DNA of 64,000 nucleotides from Rickettsiales bacterium. GTDB taxonomy: Bacteria > Pseudomonadota > Alphaproteobacteria > Rickettsiales > UBA998. The first letter of the stretch is position 1. Every line of letters begins with the position of its first letter. The stretch lies in NCBI GenBank assembly GCA_028279475.1, contig JANQNR010000019.1:6044-70043 (forward strand), written 5' to 3'. Below the pieces are notes generated by a model. That model was not told the origin of the DNA and did no database searches. It worked only from the letters and a program-made list of their open reading frames with translations. This document shows positions 48,837-59,703 of the stretch, piece after piece. The translations under genes and the position numbers were made by a program.

Positions 48837-50129
48837 TCACCCCACAAACGGGTCTTTTACCAGAATCGTATCTTCCCGTTTGGGGCTGGTAGAGAGCATG
48901 GCGACCGGGCAGTCGATCAGTTCCTCGATGCGGCGGATATATTTGATCGCCGCTGCCGGCAGGTCAATCCAGCTGGTGCAGCCGGCTGTCGTATCTGACC
49001 AGCCTTCAATCGTTTCATAGATCGGTTCCACCTCGGCTTGCGCACTTTGGGCGGAGGGGAAATAGTCCAGCACCTCACCCCGGTAACGATACCCGGTGCA
49101 GATATTCAATGATTCGAACCCGTCCAGTACATCGAGCTTGGTCAGGGCAATCCCGTCAATGCCACCGATTTTGATGGCCTGACGTACCATCACCGCATCG
49201 AACCAGCCGCAACGGCGCTGCCGCCCGGTGACGGTGCCGAACTCATGGCCGCGTTCACCCAGCCGTTGCCCGGTGTCGTTATCCTGCTCGGTAGGGAATG
49301 GGCCGCTGCCGACCCGCGTGGTATAGGCCTTGGTGATCCCCAGAATATACTGCAAATTGCCTGCACCCATTCCGCTACCTGTACTGGCGGCTCCGGCAAT
49401 GGTATTGGATGAGGTGACAAAGGGATAGGTGCCATGGTCAATATCCAGCATGGTGCCCTGTGCGCCTTCAAACAGAATATGCTTGCCATCACGGTTTGCC
49501 TGATCAAGCGTCCGCCAGACCGGGCAGGCATAGGAGAGGAGGCGCTCGCGAATGCTACCGAGTTTCTCCAGCATGTCCTGCTTGCTGATCGGTGTCAGCC
49601 CGGCATGCTCGATCGTGATGTTATGATGCGCTAGCAACGCGTCCAGCTTGGTGTCCAGCAGCTCCGCATCACCCAAATCACAGATACGAATGGCACGGCG
49701 GGCGATTTTGTCTTCATAGGCCGGGCCGATACCGCGCCGTGTGGTGCCGATCATCGACTTGCCGCGCAGGCTTTCCGCTACGCCGTCAATCTCCTGATGC
49801 ACCGGTAAAATCAGGGTGGCATTGTCGGCGATCTGCAATGTCTCCGGTGTGATGTGCAATCCCTGCTCCGCCACGCGATCAATTTCGGCGAACAGGGCGA
49901 ACGGGTCAATCACGACACCATTGCCGATGACACTGAGCTTACCGGGGCGCACGACGCCGGAAGGCAGCAGACTCAGCTTGTAGGTCACGCCGTCTACCAC
50001 CAGCGTATGCCCGGCATTGTGCCCACCCTGAAAGCGTACAATCACGTCAGCACGCTCACTAAGCCAGTCAACGACTTTTCCTTTTCCTTCATCTCCCCAT
50101 TGTGAGCCGATCACGGCAACATTGGTCAT
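48837..50129 (-). CDS. purA: Adenylosuccinate synthetase
   Basis: [51 protein letters not shown]. Confidence 0.97.
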   Translation of the reverse strand: MTNVAVIGSQWGDEGKGKVVDWLSERADVIVRFQGGHNAGHTLVVDGVTYKLSLLPSGVVRPGKLSVIGNGVVIDPFALFAEIDRVAEQGLHITPETLQIADNATLILPVHQEIDGVAESLRGKSMIGTTRRGIGPAYEDKIARRAIRICDLGDAELLDTKLDALLAHHNITIEHAGLTPISKQDMLEKLGSIRERLLSYACPVWRTLDQANRDGKHILFEGAQGTMLDIDHGTYPFVTSSNTIAGAASTGSGMGAGNLQYILGITKAYTTRVGSGPFPTEQDNDTGQRLGERGHEFGTVTGRQRRCGWFDAVMVRQAIKIGGIDGIALTKLDVLDGFESLNICTGYRYRGEVLDYFPSAQSAQAEVEPIYETIEGWSDTTAGCTSWIDLPAAAIKYIRRIEELIDCPVAMLSTSPKREDTILVKDPFVG

Positions 50130-50149
50130 AGTGCGTTCCTTTCTATTGA

Positions 50150-51172
50150 TTAATTCTGATAGGTGTAATGCGTGGCGATACCTTGGTCACGCAATTGCTT
50201 GGTTTCCTGGTAGGATGTTTCGGGTGACACTGTCTGAGCCTCTGCCTGCTGCGGAGTCGGCACAATATCCACCAGCCGATCCACATAGAGTGTCAGACCG
50301 CATCCGGCATAGTTATGATCAATGCTATATTGTCCGCCACGTCCTAATTCCTGACGGCTTTCAGCGTCCATGAGTGTAAAGCAGGTGCCGTCATGATAAT
50401 CAAACCCCTCGGTATCCAGCGGGTCAATGAGCACTCTCAGCGTATCACCGAACTGTGCACTCAGCGCTGATGCCAGCGATTGCAGCATGTCAATATGAGA
50501 TGATGCAGCATGTGGCAGCGTATGTGTTTCCAGCACCTCTGCGATCGGTTGTGTCAGTAAATCGATGACCAGTTCCTTATAAGGCATGGATGCGGGTAGG
50601 GCGTTGGTATCTTTTTGATAAATGGCCTTGCGAATGGATGCTTGCGACGTATCCAGACATCCGCCTAGTAATGCGTCAAACAGCCCGGCGGATGACAGGC
50701 TGACCACCATCGACGACAGGCCAAGTAAGGAAAGCCCCTCGATGGCAGCAGTCAGCGGCTCCAGAGGGTGGATATGGTCGGTCATACCAATCAGCTCAAT
50801 CCCTGCCTGCCGCAGCTGGCGTTTCGTAGACAGCCCATCCGGTGCAACGCGCAGTACCTGTCCGGAATAAGAAAGCCGTGATATGGGGGTGCGTTCATCC
50901 AGCATGGTCAATGCCAGACGCTCAATCTGTGGAGTAATATCCGGTCGCAGCCCCATCATGCGCTGTGACTCAGGGTCCATCACCCGGAATGTATTGGTGG
51001 CGTGTGCCGCTCCTTTTCCGGCAAGTAGGCTGTCCTCGAATTCCAGCAGTGGCGGAGCGACTTGCTCGTAACCAAACAGCGCAAAACGATCCAGCACCAC
51101 GTTGGTGATGTGTCGATCCAGCGCGGCAGCGGGCGGCAGGGTATCCTGCAATCCAGAGGGGAGGAGGGGCAT
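50150..51172 (-). CDS. hisZ: ATP phosphoribosyltransferase regulatory subunit
   Basis: [36 protein letters not shown]; directly upstream of purA. Confidence 0.85.
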   Translation of the reverse strand: MPLLPSGLQDTLPPAAALDRHITNVVLDRFALFGYEQVAPPLLEFEDSLLAGKGAAHATNTFRVMDPESQRMMGLRPDITPQIERLALTMLDERTPISRLSYSGQVLRVAPDGLSTKRQLRQAGIELIGMTDHIHPLEPLTAAIEGLSLLGLSSMVVSLSSAGLFDALLGGCLDTSQASIRKAIYQKDTNALPASMPYKELVIDLLTQPIAEVLETHTLPHAASSHIDMLQSLASALSAQFGDTLRVLIDPLDTEGFDYHDGTCFTLMDAESRQELGRGGQYSIDHNYAGCGLTLYVDRLVDIVPTPQQAEAQTVSPETSYQETKQLRDQGIATHYTYQN

Positions 51173-51174
51173 GG

Positions 51175-52635
51175 CTATAGCTTGCTTTTCAGTAATTCAT
51201 TCACTGCCTGCGGGTTCGCTTTTCCGCCGCTGGCTTTCATCACCTGCCCGACAAAGAAACCAAACAATTTGTCTTTTCCGGCGCGGTATTGCTCGACCTT
51301 GTCCGGGTTGGCGGCGATGACCTCGTCAATCATCGTTTCAATGGCTCCGGTATCGGTGACTTGTTTCAGCCCTTCTTCGTCCACGATGACGGACGCTTCT
51401 TTACCGGTTTCGATCATCTTATCCAATACGTCTTTGGCAATCTTTCCGGAAATCGTATTATCTTGAATCAGTGCCAACAGCCCGGCAAACGTATCCGGCG
51501 AAAGCGGACATTCGGTAATGGACTGTTCCAGCTTGTTGAGACGTCCGAACAGTTCACCCGTCATCCAGTTGGCGGCCAGTTTGGGGTCGGCCTTGGTAGC
51601 GACCGCCTCATAATAAGCAGCGCTTTCTTTATCGGACACCAGTACGGATGCGTCATAGGATGTTAAACCAAACTCGGCGACATAGCGCTGTTTTTTCTGA
51701 TCCGGTAATTCCGGCAGTTCCGTTTTAATACGATCCAGCATGCTTTGCGGTAATTCAAGCGGCAGCAGATCCGGGTCGGGAAAATAGCGGTAATCATGGG
51801 CGTCTTCCTTGGAACGCATTGTACGCGTTTCATTGACATTCGCGTCATAAAGCCGGGTTTCTTGATCGACCACGCCGCCGCTTTCCAGCAGATCCACCTG
51901 GCGCTCGGCTTCATGCTGGATGGCCTTCATCATATAGCGCACGGAATTAAGGTTCTTGATTTCGCAGCGTGTGCCCAGTGTTTCATCGCCGGTGCGGCGC
52001 ACGGATACATTGGCATCACAGCGCAGTTCGCCTTTTTCCATGTCACCGCCACACGTGCCGAGATAACGCACAATGGCTCGCAGTTTTTTGATGTAAGCAC
52101 CGGCTTCATCAGGGCTGCGCAGGTCCGGTTCCGAGACGATTTCCATCAGGGCGATGCCGCTGCGGTTCAGGTCAATGAAGCTTTCAGACGGGCTATGGTC
52201 GTGCAGCGATTTTCCGGCATCCTGCTCCAGATGCAGGCGGGTGACGCCGATCTCTTTAACAGCGCCGTCATCCAGTTCAATGGTGATGGTGCCTTCACCA
52301 ACAATCGGGTCAAGAAACTGAGAAATCTGGTAGCCTTGTGGCAGGTCAGGGTAAAAGTAATTCTTACGGTCAAAGACGGAGCGCAGATTGATCTGTGCAT
52401 TTAGTCCCAGCCCGGTGCGTACCGCCTGTTCCACGCAAGCTTCGTTGATGACCGGCAGCATTCCCGGCATAGCAGCATCGACCAATGATACATGGTGGTT
52501 TGGTTCTGCGCCAAAATCCGTGGGAGAGCCGGAAAAAAGCTTGGAATTGGACGTGATCTGGGCATGCACCTCCAGACCGATCACCATTTCCCACTCGCCT
52601 GTATTCCCTTTAATAATGCCGGGAGTTTGCGCCAT
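51175..52635 (-). CDS. gatB: Asp/Glu-tRNA amidotransferase subunit B
   Basis: [52 protein letters not shown]. Confidence 0.97.
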   Translation of the reverse strand: MAQTPGIIKGNTGEWEMVIGLEVHAQITSNSKLFSGSPTDFGAEPNHHVSLVDAAMPGMLPVINEACVEQAVRTGLGLNAQINLRSVFDRKNYFYPDLPQGYQISQFLDPIVGEGTITIELDDGAVKEIGVTRLHLEQDAGKSLHDHSPSESFIDLNRSGIALMEIVSEPDLRSPDEAGAYIKKLRAIVRYLGTCGGDMEKGELRCDANVSVRRTGDETLGTRCEIKNLNSVRYMMKAIQHEAERQVDLLESGGVVDQETRLYDANVNETRTMRSKEDAHDYRYFPDPDLLPLELPQSMLDRIKTELPELPDQKKQRYVAEFGLTSYDASVLVSDKESAAYYEAVATKADPKLAANWMTGELFGRLNKLEQSITECPLSPDTFAGLLALIQDNTISGKIAKDVLDKMIETGKEASVIVDEEGLKQVTDTGAIETMIDEVIAANPDKVEQYRAGKDKLFGFFVGQVMKASGGKANPQAVNELLKSKL

Positions 52636-52724
52636 TGCTTAAAGCCTCAAGTTGTTAATTGAGGTCATGTCTATCGTAAGGAATCTGCTAATGCCAGTAA
52701 AAGTTATCAGAGGTAATTGACTGC

Positions 52725-54272
52725 CTAGCGGCTTGCAGCAGTATCCTTTGCTTCCTGCTTTCCTTTTGTCTCCATCTTGCCGCGATGGTCAGAGCTTTTG
52801 ACCTTGGTATCGGGTGCATTTTCTTTGGGCGCATCTGCTTTCTTGTCGCGTGGGGTGATGTTGTTCTTTCCCTCTTTTTTGTCGGCAGCAGGAACGGTGG
52901 CTTTCTCAGGCGCACGATCTCCCGGCAATGCATGGCGCGCTTCTTGAATTGCTGTCTCCAGTGTTTCCGGATCACTAACGTCAAATCCATCGTGACTAAC
53001 AACCAGCCCTTCTCCCACCAACGTGATGAGTGACAAGGGGTGCAGCGTTACATTCGAACCATCTTTCCCTAAAATCGCCTGAGCGAGTGTTTCTGAGCGC
53101 TCGGCCAGCTCTTGCTCATATTCCTCACTGACTCCTTCAATATCTGGCGTTTCCCGATGATCGACTACATGCTGGTGGAAAATTTCCTGAATATAATCCG
53201 AAAGCTTCACCTTGTTCCCTTTGGCTGGGCAATGAAACTTGTGTTTCGGGTGCATTTTCTTGAGCTTTTCAATGCTGATGTCGTCGCCCAATTTACCTTT
53301 GCTCACTTCCTCCTGCAGGTGGATAATCAGATCATAGGCAATGACATCCGGCGAGCCATGCTCCTTGCTTTCCTCGGCCATTTTTTTGATTTGGCTGGTG
53401 CCGATCAGTCCTCCAATTAGCCAAGCATTAGTCGCATTTAGCTTATTGTCATAGACTGCGAATCTGTCATCTTCTTTTTTGCCAAAGATATTCTCTTTGC
53501 GTAGGCTCATCGCATCAGGAATAAAAATCTTCCCCTTGAGTGCCGTTTCAGCTTTATCATTGATGTTTTTCCGTTCTTTTGGATTTAGGTTTTCATTTTC
53601 AAGTCGGCTATCACGTTCTTCAATGATGCCTTGGGCACGATCCTCACGGAATGTGTCGCGCGCCTTTTTTTGTGCTCCGGCCATTCCCAACGAGCCGAGC
53701 ATATTAATCATCTTGTAGTTGAAAGGGGTTTGCAGGGTACCATCAAGCTTTTCAAGCACCTTGTTGTGATTCTTGCCGCCTGGAAGAACGCTGCTGCTTC
53801 TGAAATCAACGATATTATTTTGTATTAAAGGTGCAATCTCTTCTCTGATTGCTTCACGTAATTCTTTATCCTGAGAATGCGCTTTATTAAGTTCCCAGAC
53901 CGGCTGAGCTACAATAACAGCGGCTTGGGTTGTTAATGTAATGGCAGCTTTGGTTTTTGCTGCCTTATTATCGCTGAATAATGCATCAGTGAGCGATGCG
54001 CCTCCCTCTCCGGTAAAGTCAAGTTCCGATGGAATCTCTCCCATACGATGATCGACCAGGTTATGCCCGTGATTCTCAACAAACTCAGTGATAAGATACG
54101 CCATTTCACGTACAAACGTCCAGCCAGCATCTTCACCGAGCTTGTTGCCGCCGAGTTGCTTATAGAGTTTCTCCACCCAATTCCCATTGGCAATGTCCTT
54201 TGTGGGATCGATGCCATAGAAATCCGGGCGGGAATCTTTTGCCGTATTATATGCCTGACGTCTGTCTACCAT
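52725..54272 (-). CDS. Large orphan protein; candidate T4SS effector
   Basis: 515 aa, charged, no family recognised; tail PDTKVKSSDHRGKMETKGKQEAKDTAASR. Confidence 0.8.
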   Translation of the reverse strand: MVDRRQAYNTAKDSRPDFYGIDPTKDIANGNWVEKLYKQLGGNKLGEDAGWTFVREMAYLITEFVENHGHNLVDHRMGEIPSELDFTGEGGASLTDALFSDNKAAKTKAAITLTTQAAVIVAQPVWELNKAHSQDKELREAIREEIAPLIQNNIVDFRSSSVLPGGKNHNKVLEKLDGTLQTPFNYKMINMLGSLGMAGAQKKARDTFREDRAQGIIEERDSRLENENLNPKERKNINDKAETALKGKIFIPDAMSLRKENIFGKKEDDRFAVYDNKLNATNAWLIGGLIGTSQIKKMAEESKEHGSPDVIAYDLIIHLQEEVSKGKLGDDISIEKLKKMHPKHKFHCPAKGNKVKLSDYIQEIFHQHVVDHRETPDIEGVSEEYEQELAERSETLAQAILGKDGSNVTLHPLSLITLVGEGLVVSHDGFDVSDPETLETAIQEARHALPGDRAPEKATVPAADKKEGKNNITPRDKKADAPKENAPDTKVKSSDHRGKMETKGKQEAKDTAASR

Positions 54273-54298
54273 AGTTTATACATACTAGTTCACTCTTT

Positions 54299-54332
54299 AG
54301 TTTAACTAACGATTGTGACATTTTCATGAATC
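54299..54332 (-). promoter_or_regulatory. PhoB/OmpR-type box plus -10
   Basis: GATTCAT-GAAA-ATGTCAC, 10 nt, TAAACT. Confidence 0.6.
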
Positions 54333-54426
54333 GGCAGCAAAATCGAGGCAAAAACCGATGATTTTCCCAGATTATTCCCTCCGCCTAACAAATGAGGCTT
54401 TGTTTTAGGGCATTTCTCACTTACCT

Positions 54427-55755
54427 ATGAGTATTATGCGATATCGCCTGCTGTTAATCATATTGCTGCTGATTGGCCAGCCTGTGCAAGCCGGGCTCAT
54501 CCGGGATGCCGAAATCGAGGCCTATTTGCGCGACCTGTCTGCGCCAGTCTTTCAGGCAGCAAGCATGTCACCGCAGCAGGTGCGCCTGTTCATTGTCAAT
54601 GATGATCGTATCAATGCCTTTGTTGCCGGGGGTAGTAATATGTTCCTGCATACCGGGCTGATGATGGCAACCGATACGCCGGAAATGCTGCTGTCGGTCA
54701 TTGCCCATGAAACCGGGCATATCGCCGGTGGGCATTTGCTGCAAACCGAGGCGGCGCTGGAGCAGGCGCAAGTGGGCGCCATCTTGACCTATTTACTGGG
54801 TGCTGCGACCATTGCCGCCGGGGGCAGCGATGTCGGTGCGGCCATTCTCTCCGGTGGCAGCCATGCGGCCAACCGTAACCTGCTCTCCTACAGTCGCGCC
54901 AACGAGCAGGCAGCGGATCAGGCGGCTTTATCCTATTTCGATCGCATGGGAATTTCCGCCGAGGGGATGCTGCACATGTTCGAGCGTCTGCGCCAGGAAG
55001 AAAAAAGGCATCTAGATGCTGATGCGGATGTGTATGCCCGTACTCACCCGCTGAGTCAGGATCGTATCACCCATATCCGTAATCACCATAAAGCCTCATC
55101 GTATCAGGGAGCATTACCTCCGGATACCCAGTTGCAACATCAGCGTATGCGTGGCAAATTAACGGGTTTTCTAAAGGAATTGCCGGAGGTGCTGCGAACC
55201 TATCCCAAGGATAATCACACGATGGAGGCACGTATTGCCCGTGCCGTGGCCTATGGGCAAGTGTCACAGGTGGAAGAGGCATTGGCAGAACTTCAGCCAT
55301 TACTGGTAAAGAATAAATATGATGCGTACTTGCATGAGCTATATGGGTATCTGCTATTTAAGGGAGGCAGGGTGCAGGAGGCAGCGGATGCCTATCGTGC
55401 AGCGCAGACACTGGCACCGGATGCTGCGTTGATTCGCAGTGATTACGGCAAGGTGCTCGTCGCATTGGGAGATGAGGAGTCCTTGGAGTTGGCGCAGGAA
55501 ACATTGGAACTCTCCAGCCGTCTGGATCAGACCTATCATCAAACCTGGCGCCTGCTGGCACGGGTTTATGGTGTTGCCGGGCAGACAGGAATGGCAGAGT
55601 TGGCGCTGGCGGAACTAGCAGCGCTAAATAATGATCGTGAGGAACTGGAGTTGCGGCTCAAGCGCGCCGACCCCTATCTGGAACCCTACAGCGCAGCAGG
55701 GTTGCGTGCGGAGGACCTCCGCCTATTCGCAAAAACGCTCGACGAAGATGAATGA
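54427..55755 (+). CDS. M48 family periplasmic metalloprotease with TPR (BepA/YfgC-like)
   Basis: Signal peptide, IRDAEIE, INAF, HETGH, E..AD, THP. Confidence 0.9.
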   Translation: MSIMRYRLLLIILLLIGQPVQAGLIRDAEIEAYLRDLSAPVFQAASMSPQQVRLFIVNDDRINAFVAGGSNMFLHTGLMMATDTPEMLLSVIAHETGHIAGGHLLQTEAALEQAQVGAILTYLLGAATIAAGGSDVGAAILSGGSHAANRNLLSYSRANEQAADQAALSYFDRMGISAEGMLHMFERLRQEEKRHLDADADVYARTHPLSQDRITHIRNHHKASSYQGALPPDTQLQHQRMRGKLTGFLKELPEVLRTYPKDNHTMEARIARAVAYGQVSQVEEALAELQPLLVKNKYDAYLHELYGYLLFKGGRVQEAADAYRAAQTLAPDAALIRSDYGKVLVALGDEESLELAQETLELSSRLDQTYHQTWRLLARVYGVAGQTGMAELALAELAALNNDREELELRLKRADPYLEPYSAAGLRAEDLRLFAKTLDEDE

Positions 55756-55878
55756 TGGCAAAGTCAAGGAACTGCTATATCTTTAAAGGTGAAGGTCGCG
55801 CTATACAAAGAGGGTGTAATGCTTTATACCCGGCCATCGAATAATGAAGTGGAGCTATTACCCAAGGAGTTTTTATCT

Positions 55879-56613
55879 ATGTTTCGTAGTCTAGCCATTA
55901 CTATCTTGACCCTTTCCCTTGCCATGCCTGCTATCGCTGAGCCGGTACAGAAGGAAGAACTGGGTGATCTGATTCGTCAATATCTCAATGATAACCCGGA
56001 AGTGATTATGGAAGCGGTTGATCGCTATCAGCAAAAAGCCAAGGAAGCAGGGCTGGCCAAAGTACGTGAGGCCATTAAGGCTAATGCCGATGCGATTTTC
56101 AACGATCCGAATGACGGTACGATTGGTGATAAGGATGCAAAAGTTACGATTGTTGAGTTTTTTGATTATAACTGTTCGGCGTGCAAATATATGTTCAAGC
56201 CAATTGACACGTTGTATAAAGCTGGCCTGAAAGATGTGCGCGTGGTATTTAAGGAATATCCGATTTTCGGTGAACGCTCTGAAAAATTAGCCAAAATCGG
56301 ACTGGCGGTGAATGCACTTGCGCCTGAAAAATATTATGAGTTTCATGGCTTGATGATGCAGCATAAGGGGGCTATTACAGCAGAGGACGCTTATGGTTAT
56401 GCAGGTCAGGTCGGCGTAGAGCGTGAGGCGATTCAGAAAGAATTGAGCGATGCAAAATACACGCAAATGCTGAAAGACGGAGCAGCGCTTGGCGATAAAC
56501 TCCAGATTCGTGGTACGCCGTTCTTGATTGTTGGCAATGAACCTGTACCACATGCACTGGACAAAGCAGCACTGGATAACTACATCGCAAAAGCGCGGGC
56601 TGCGAAGCAATAG
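55879..56613 (+). CDS. DsbA/Com1-family thiol-disulfide oxidoreductase
   Basis: Signal peptide, YL..NPEV, EFFDYNCSACK, KEYPI, GTP. Confidence 0.9.
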   Translation: MFRSLAITILTLSLAMPAIAEPVQKEELGDLIRQYLNDNPEVIMEAVDRYQQKAKEAGLAKVREAIKANADAIFNDPNDGTIGDKDAKVTIVEFFDYNCSACKYMFKPIDTLYKAGLKDVRVVFKEYPIFGERSEKLAKIGLAVNALAPEKYYEFHGLMMQHKGAITAEDAYGYAGQVGVEREAIQKELSDAKYTQMLKDGAALGDKLQIRGTPFLIVGNEPVPHALDKAALDNYIAKARAAKQ

Positions 56614-56698
56614 GCAACTACCAGGCATGAAGAGGTGAAACTGCTATAAACACTTGCGCCTGTATGGCGTGTGTAATAGATAAGCACTTCCACATCGT

Positions 56699-56774
56699 GG
56701 GGCATTAGCTCAGCTGGTAGAGCGTTACACTGGCAGTGTAAAGGTCAGCGGTTCGACTCCGCTATGCTCCACCA
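56699..56774 (+). tRNA. tRNA-Ala(GGC)
   Basis: GGGGCAT/ATGCTCC acceptor with G3:U70, loop CTGGCAG, GTTCGAC, CCA; 76 nt. Confidence 0.96.
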
Positions 56775-56915
56775 TCTCAAACCGCACGTAATCTCCAGCA
56801 CACTATGCATTATGTCCGGATTTGATGCTGCTATCGTCCTGATTCTATTGATTGTCTAGTTTTTTATCAGCTTACCATTGAAAAGAACTTCTTCATGCTG
56901 ATATAACATGCCACT

Positions 56916-57092
56916 ATGAAGAGAGTTCCAGTAAATGACCATGCGAAGATCATTGATTTTCCGGCTAAACACCAGCAAAAATCGCAAGACCGTTATCCGG
57001 ATTTCCGGATTGAAAAAGATGAGTGGCTTGAATCTTTCAATTGCCTAGAGGATGATACAGATTTCTTGAAAGGAATGATTACGGCGTATTGA
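56916..57092 (+). CDS. Small hypothetical protein (58 aa, below the ORF-track cutoff)
   Basis: MKRVPVNDHAKIIDFP...FLKGMITAY; TTGAAA...TATAAC promoter-like sequence upstream. Confidence 0.4.
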   Translation: MKRVPVNDHAKIIDFPAKHQQKSQDRYPDFRIEKDEWLESFNCLEDDTDFLKGMITAY

Positions 57093-57129
57093 CCCCCCCC
57101 TTGTAAACAAACTCTACTTTCCCATTACA

Positions 57130-57450
57130 TTAGTGCTGCGTTCCTTCCTGATCCGCAAGCGCCAGTAATAATGCATGAATGTCGTCGCATTCAAATTTGC
57201 TGGCTAATTTAAAGAACGATAATAGCAGTGTCAGTTTTTCGAACAGATATTCATCATTAGCGACTTTACGTACAACACTGTTTGTACGTTCTGTGTCCGA
57301 ACTAATTTTGCTGATTGCTTCGTTCAGAACACATTGTACAGAAAGAAGTCTGGCTCTTTCTGCTTCTTTTTCCAGGTAATACAGACTACCCACAATGGAT
57401 TGCAGGTCACTATATCCCTCTTTCTGTATATTTCCTTTTTCAATTTGCAT
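57130..57450 (-). CDS. Hypothetical protein, second gene downstream of luxI
   Basis: RBS GAGG; overlaps the end of the upstream ORF; helical, motif LYYLEKEAERARL. Confidence 0.65.
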   Translation of the reverse strand: MQIEKGNIQKEGYSDLQSIVGSLYYLEKEAERARLLSVQCVLNEAISKISSDTERTNSVVRKVANDEYLFEKLTLLLSFFKLASKFECDDIHALLLALADQEGTQH

Positions 57451-57748
57451 AATGAGCCTCTCGTGCATATTTGGATAATTCCACCATATCTATAAAACCA
57501 TCATTGCTCAGCTTATGATCGAGTGTCTCTACAGTAATAATCTGCCCGTCAATGTTGACATGCATACGATCAAAATCATCAAGATTTACCCGCCCCCAGT
57601 CAAATATCTCGTTGAGATATTCCATTGCCGGTATTTTCAACGTCGAGGCATTATACAGTTGTGCTTGACTGTACAGTCTGAATCCTTCTTCAATAGCTCG
57701 AATACAGCTATCTGCAATGCCCTTATACTGTTGATTTTTTTCGTTCAT
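57440..57748 (-). CDS. Hypothetical protein, first gene downstream of luxI
   Basis: RBS GGAG inside the luxI 3' end; 102 aa. Confidence 0.65.
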   Translation of the reverse strand: MNEKNQQYKGIADSCIRAIEEGFRLYSQAQLYNASTLKIPAMEYLNEIFDWGRVNLDDFDRMHVNIDGQIITVETLDHKLSNDGFIDMVELSKYAREAHYAN

Positions 57749-58367
57749 AGATCGTATCTCCATAATTCATAATATTGTGATTTATCCCTGTCGCCTGTCG
57801 CACAAGCTGCCTGTTTTCTTCCGAAATGATCACATACCCGGCTCTAGCCACATGGCCTTCATCTGTCTTTTGTGGTTCACCCAGCCAAAAAGGTTTCCAA
57901 TTATTTTTATAGAAGAGCCCTTTCCAATATGCCGGATACATCAGCCCCACAATATGGGATATTCCATGTGCCAACCCATATTCCAGATATGCCAGTACTA
58001 GCTCGTTGGCAATGCGCTTTCTGGTCTGTGTATCTAATCTGTGGTCTATGCAGAAACGCGAACCCTCCATAACATAGGTACCGGTTGGCATGTCGCTATC
58101 AACAAATTCAGATAAGTTCTCAGTGAGCATGAAAGACCTATCTGTAGGGTACAAACGAGTCACCCCCCTAGCTTCAAGATTATGGTCTCGCCAGATTAGA
58201 TATGTGGAGGCTGGATTATCGTACTGGTCGTACTCCATTTCCTCATATTCCGGCACATCCCAACCCTGACGTTTTATGATGGCCTGGTATCGCAAGCGAT
58301 GTTGCGCTGCCAGTGCATTTCCGGCAAATAAATGATTTGTGGCAAGGGTTACACATTCGACTGTCAT
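57723..58367 (-). CDS. luxI: Acyl-homoserine lactone synthase (LuxI family)
   Basis: HRLRY..I..RQGW, MEYDQYD, RLYPT, ML, EGSRFCID. Confidence 0.92.
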   Translation of the reverse strand: MTVECVTLATNHLFAGNALAAQHRLRYQAIIKRQGWDVPEYEEMEYDQYDNPASTYLIWRDHNLEARGVTRLYPTDRSFMLTENLSEFVDSDMPTGTYVMEGSRFCIDHRLDTQTRKRIANELVLAYLEYGLAHGISHIVGLMYPAYWKGLFYKNNWKPFWLGEPQKTDEGHVARAGYVIISEENRQLVRQATGINHNIMNYGDTIYERKKSTV

Positions 58368-58415
58368 TTCCGTCTCCCATTTGATTTAGGGATAACAGGA
58401 AGGTGTCGTCGGTAA

Positions 58416-58435
58416 ACCTAGCCAACCGGATAGGG
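58416..58435. promoter_or_regulatory. lux box upstream of luxI
   Basis: ACCTAGCCAACCGGATAGGG: 20-bp imperfect palindrome matching NNCT-N12-AGNN. Confidence 0.75.
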
Positions 58436-58436
58436 T

Positions 58437-59189
58437 TTAGTCGAAAATAGTTCGTACACCGATGACATCGATAGGGATAAGTCCCAGGCGAATCGCCTTT
58501 GTCACGGCCAACACCCGGTCATTTGCATTAAGTTTGCGGTAGATGTTCTGTTGGTGGAACTTGATGGTTGCCGTCGAAACATGCAGAATGTCGGCAATTT
58601 CAGAATTATGTTTTCCGTTGGCCATCCATTTTAGTACTTCACTTTCCTTAGAAGTAAGGTGCACAGGCTCAGACACATAAGGCTTCTCCTGCACCAGGTC
58701 GCAATACACCGTATGAAATTGTTCCGTAAATAAATTAAGTTTTGAGAGCATATCTTTGGTCAGGGTAAATCGGCAATCGCTTGCAATGCCAACCCCTGCC
58801 ACTTCACCGACTCCCCTGTGAAGGGGAATTCCTACACCGTTTAAAAGCCCTGCATCCTCCGCTTCACGCATAAATCGGATTTGTTTTTTTCCGAGTGGTG
58901 TTGTCTCTTCCAGTGATTGCCAGCTAAACGCCGGCCCTGTCCTCATTCCTTTTTGTACTACAGGATCAATCTTGTGGTATTCCCGCTCAAAATAATGATT
59001 CATCCAGTCCTGTGGATAATTTGAACGCACCCCATGGCCGGCAGTTTGCCCAATGGAATGATGATCTGTCATGAAGGTGTATACAGCACTGTCAAAGCCA
59101 AGCTGGTTGATTGCCTTGACATACAGGGAGAAGGCTTGATCTGTAGTCACAGCTCGGTTTGTTTCTTCAATAAACTGTTCCAGATTCAT
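58437..59189 (-). CDS. luxR: LuxR-family AHL receptor
   Basis: NYPQDW..HY....Y..IDPV, FSW, GLLNG...P; HTH LT.KE.EVL.WMA.GK...EIA.IL.VS..TI.FH. Confidence 0.94.
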   Translation of the reverse strand: MNLEQFIEETNRAVTTDQAFSLYVKAINQLGFDSAVYTFMTDHHSIGQTAGHGVRSNYPQDWMNHYFEREYHKIDPVVQKGMRTGPAFSWQSLEETTPLGKKQIRFMREAEDAGLLNGVGIPLHRGVGEVAGVGIASDCRFTLTKDMLSKLNLFTEQFHTVYCDLVQEKPYVSEPVHLTSKESEVLKWMANGKHNSEIADILHVSTATIKFHQQNIYRKLNANDRVLAVTKAIRLGLIPIDVIGVRTIFD

Positions 59190-59523
59190 GTGTTCACTAC
59201 CCAACGTTAAAGGAATCAACTATAAAACCGTTATATTTTCAACCAGATATTGAATGAAAGCAAACAATATAATCCAGAAATTTTCCATGTATGACTTTTC
59301 TGATCCTCAAATGAGTGTTCGAAATTAAACTGCTATAGTGAGCGTCACTAGACGGAAGTATAGTCTATGGCGCTGTAAAGTCTGTTTGATATACTGTTGC
59401 CCCAATAAATCCGTGAGGATAGGGATTCGAACCTGCGAAGCAACACCAAAGGTGTTGTTCGCCTCTTTCATAGGGGGTTCGTTCAATCCCCTCGCGTACA
59501 GGTTTAAATATCATTCTATATAC

Positions 59524-59703
59524 TGGCGCAGCAACCGAGAGTACTTTCAAACCTGTTGAACGTTGAGGCAGATGCTGTTTTTGATTTGTCCTATCGCTAC
59601 GCTATTGAGGACATGGCGGAGCAATCGGGAGCATTTTCAAACCTATTGAACGTTGAGGTAGATGCTGTTTTTGATTTGTCCTATCGCTACGCTATTGAGG
59701 ACA
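59524..59703 (-). repeat. Two tandem 90-bp units downstream of tRNA-Ser, each ending in a tRNA-3'-like GCCA
   Basis: Units 59524-59613 and 59614-59703 are near-identical; plus-strand unit starts TGGCG(C/G)AG, like the tRNA end at 59704. Confidence 0.9.

Noticed and set aside
48619-48840. N-terminal extension of the 170-aa ORF ([19 protein letters not shown]...)
   Set aside because: It translates the heptamer repeat and promoter region; the real start is likely ATG 48618 with RBS AAGGAGG.
59524-59703. Possible CRISPR array
   Set aside because: Only two 90-bp units, no unique spacers, no cas genes; these are tRNA-linked tandem repeats. ORFs 59556 and 59662 are shadows of the repeat and tRNA.
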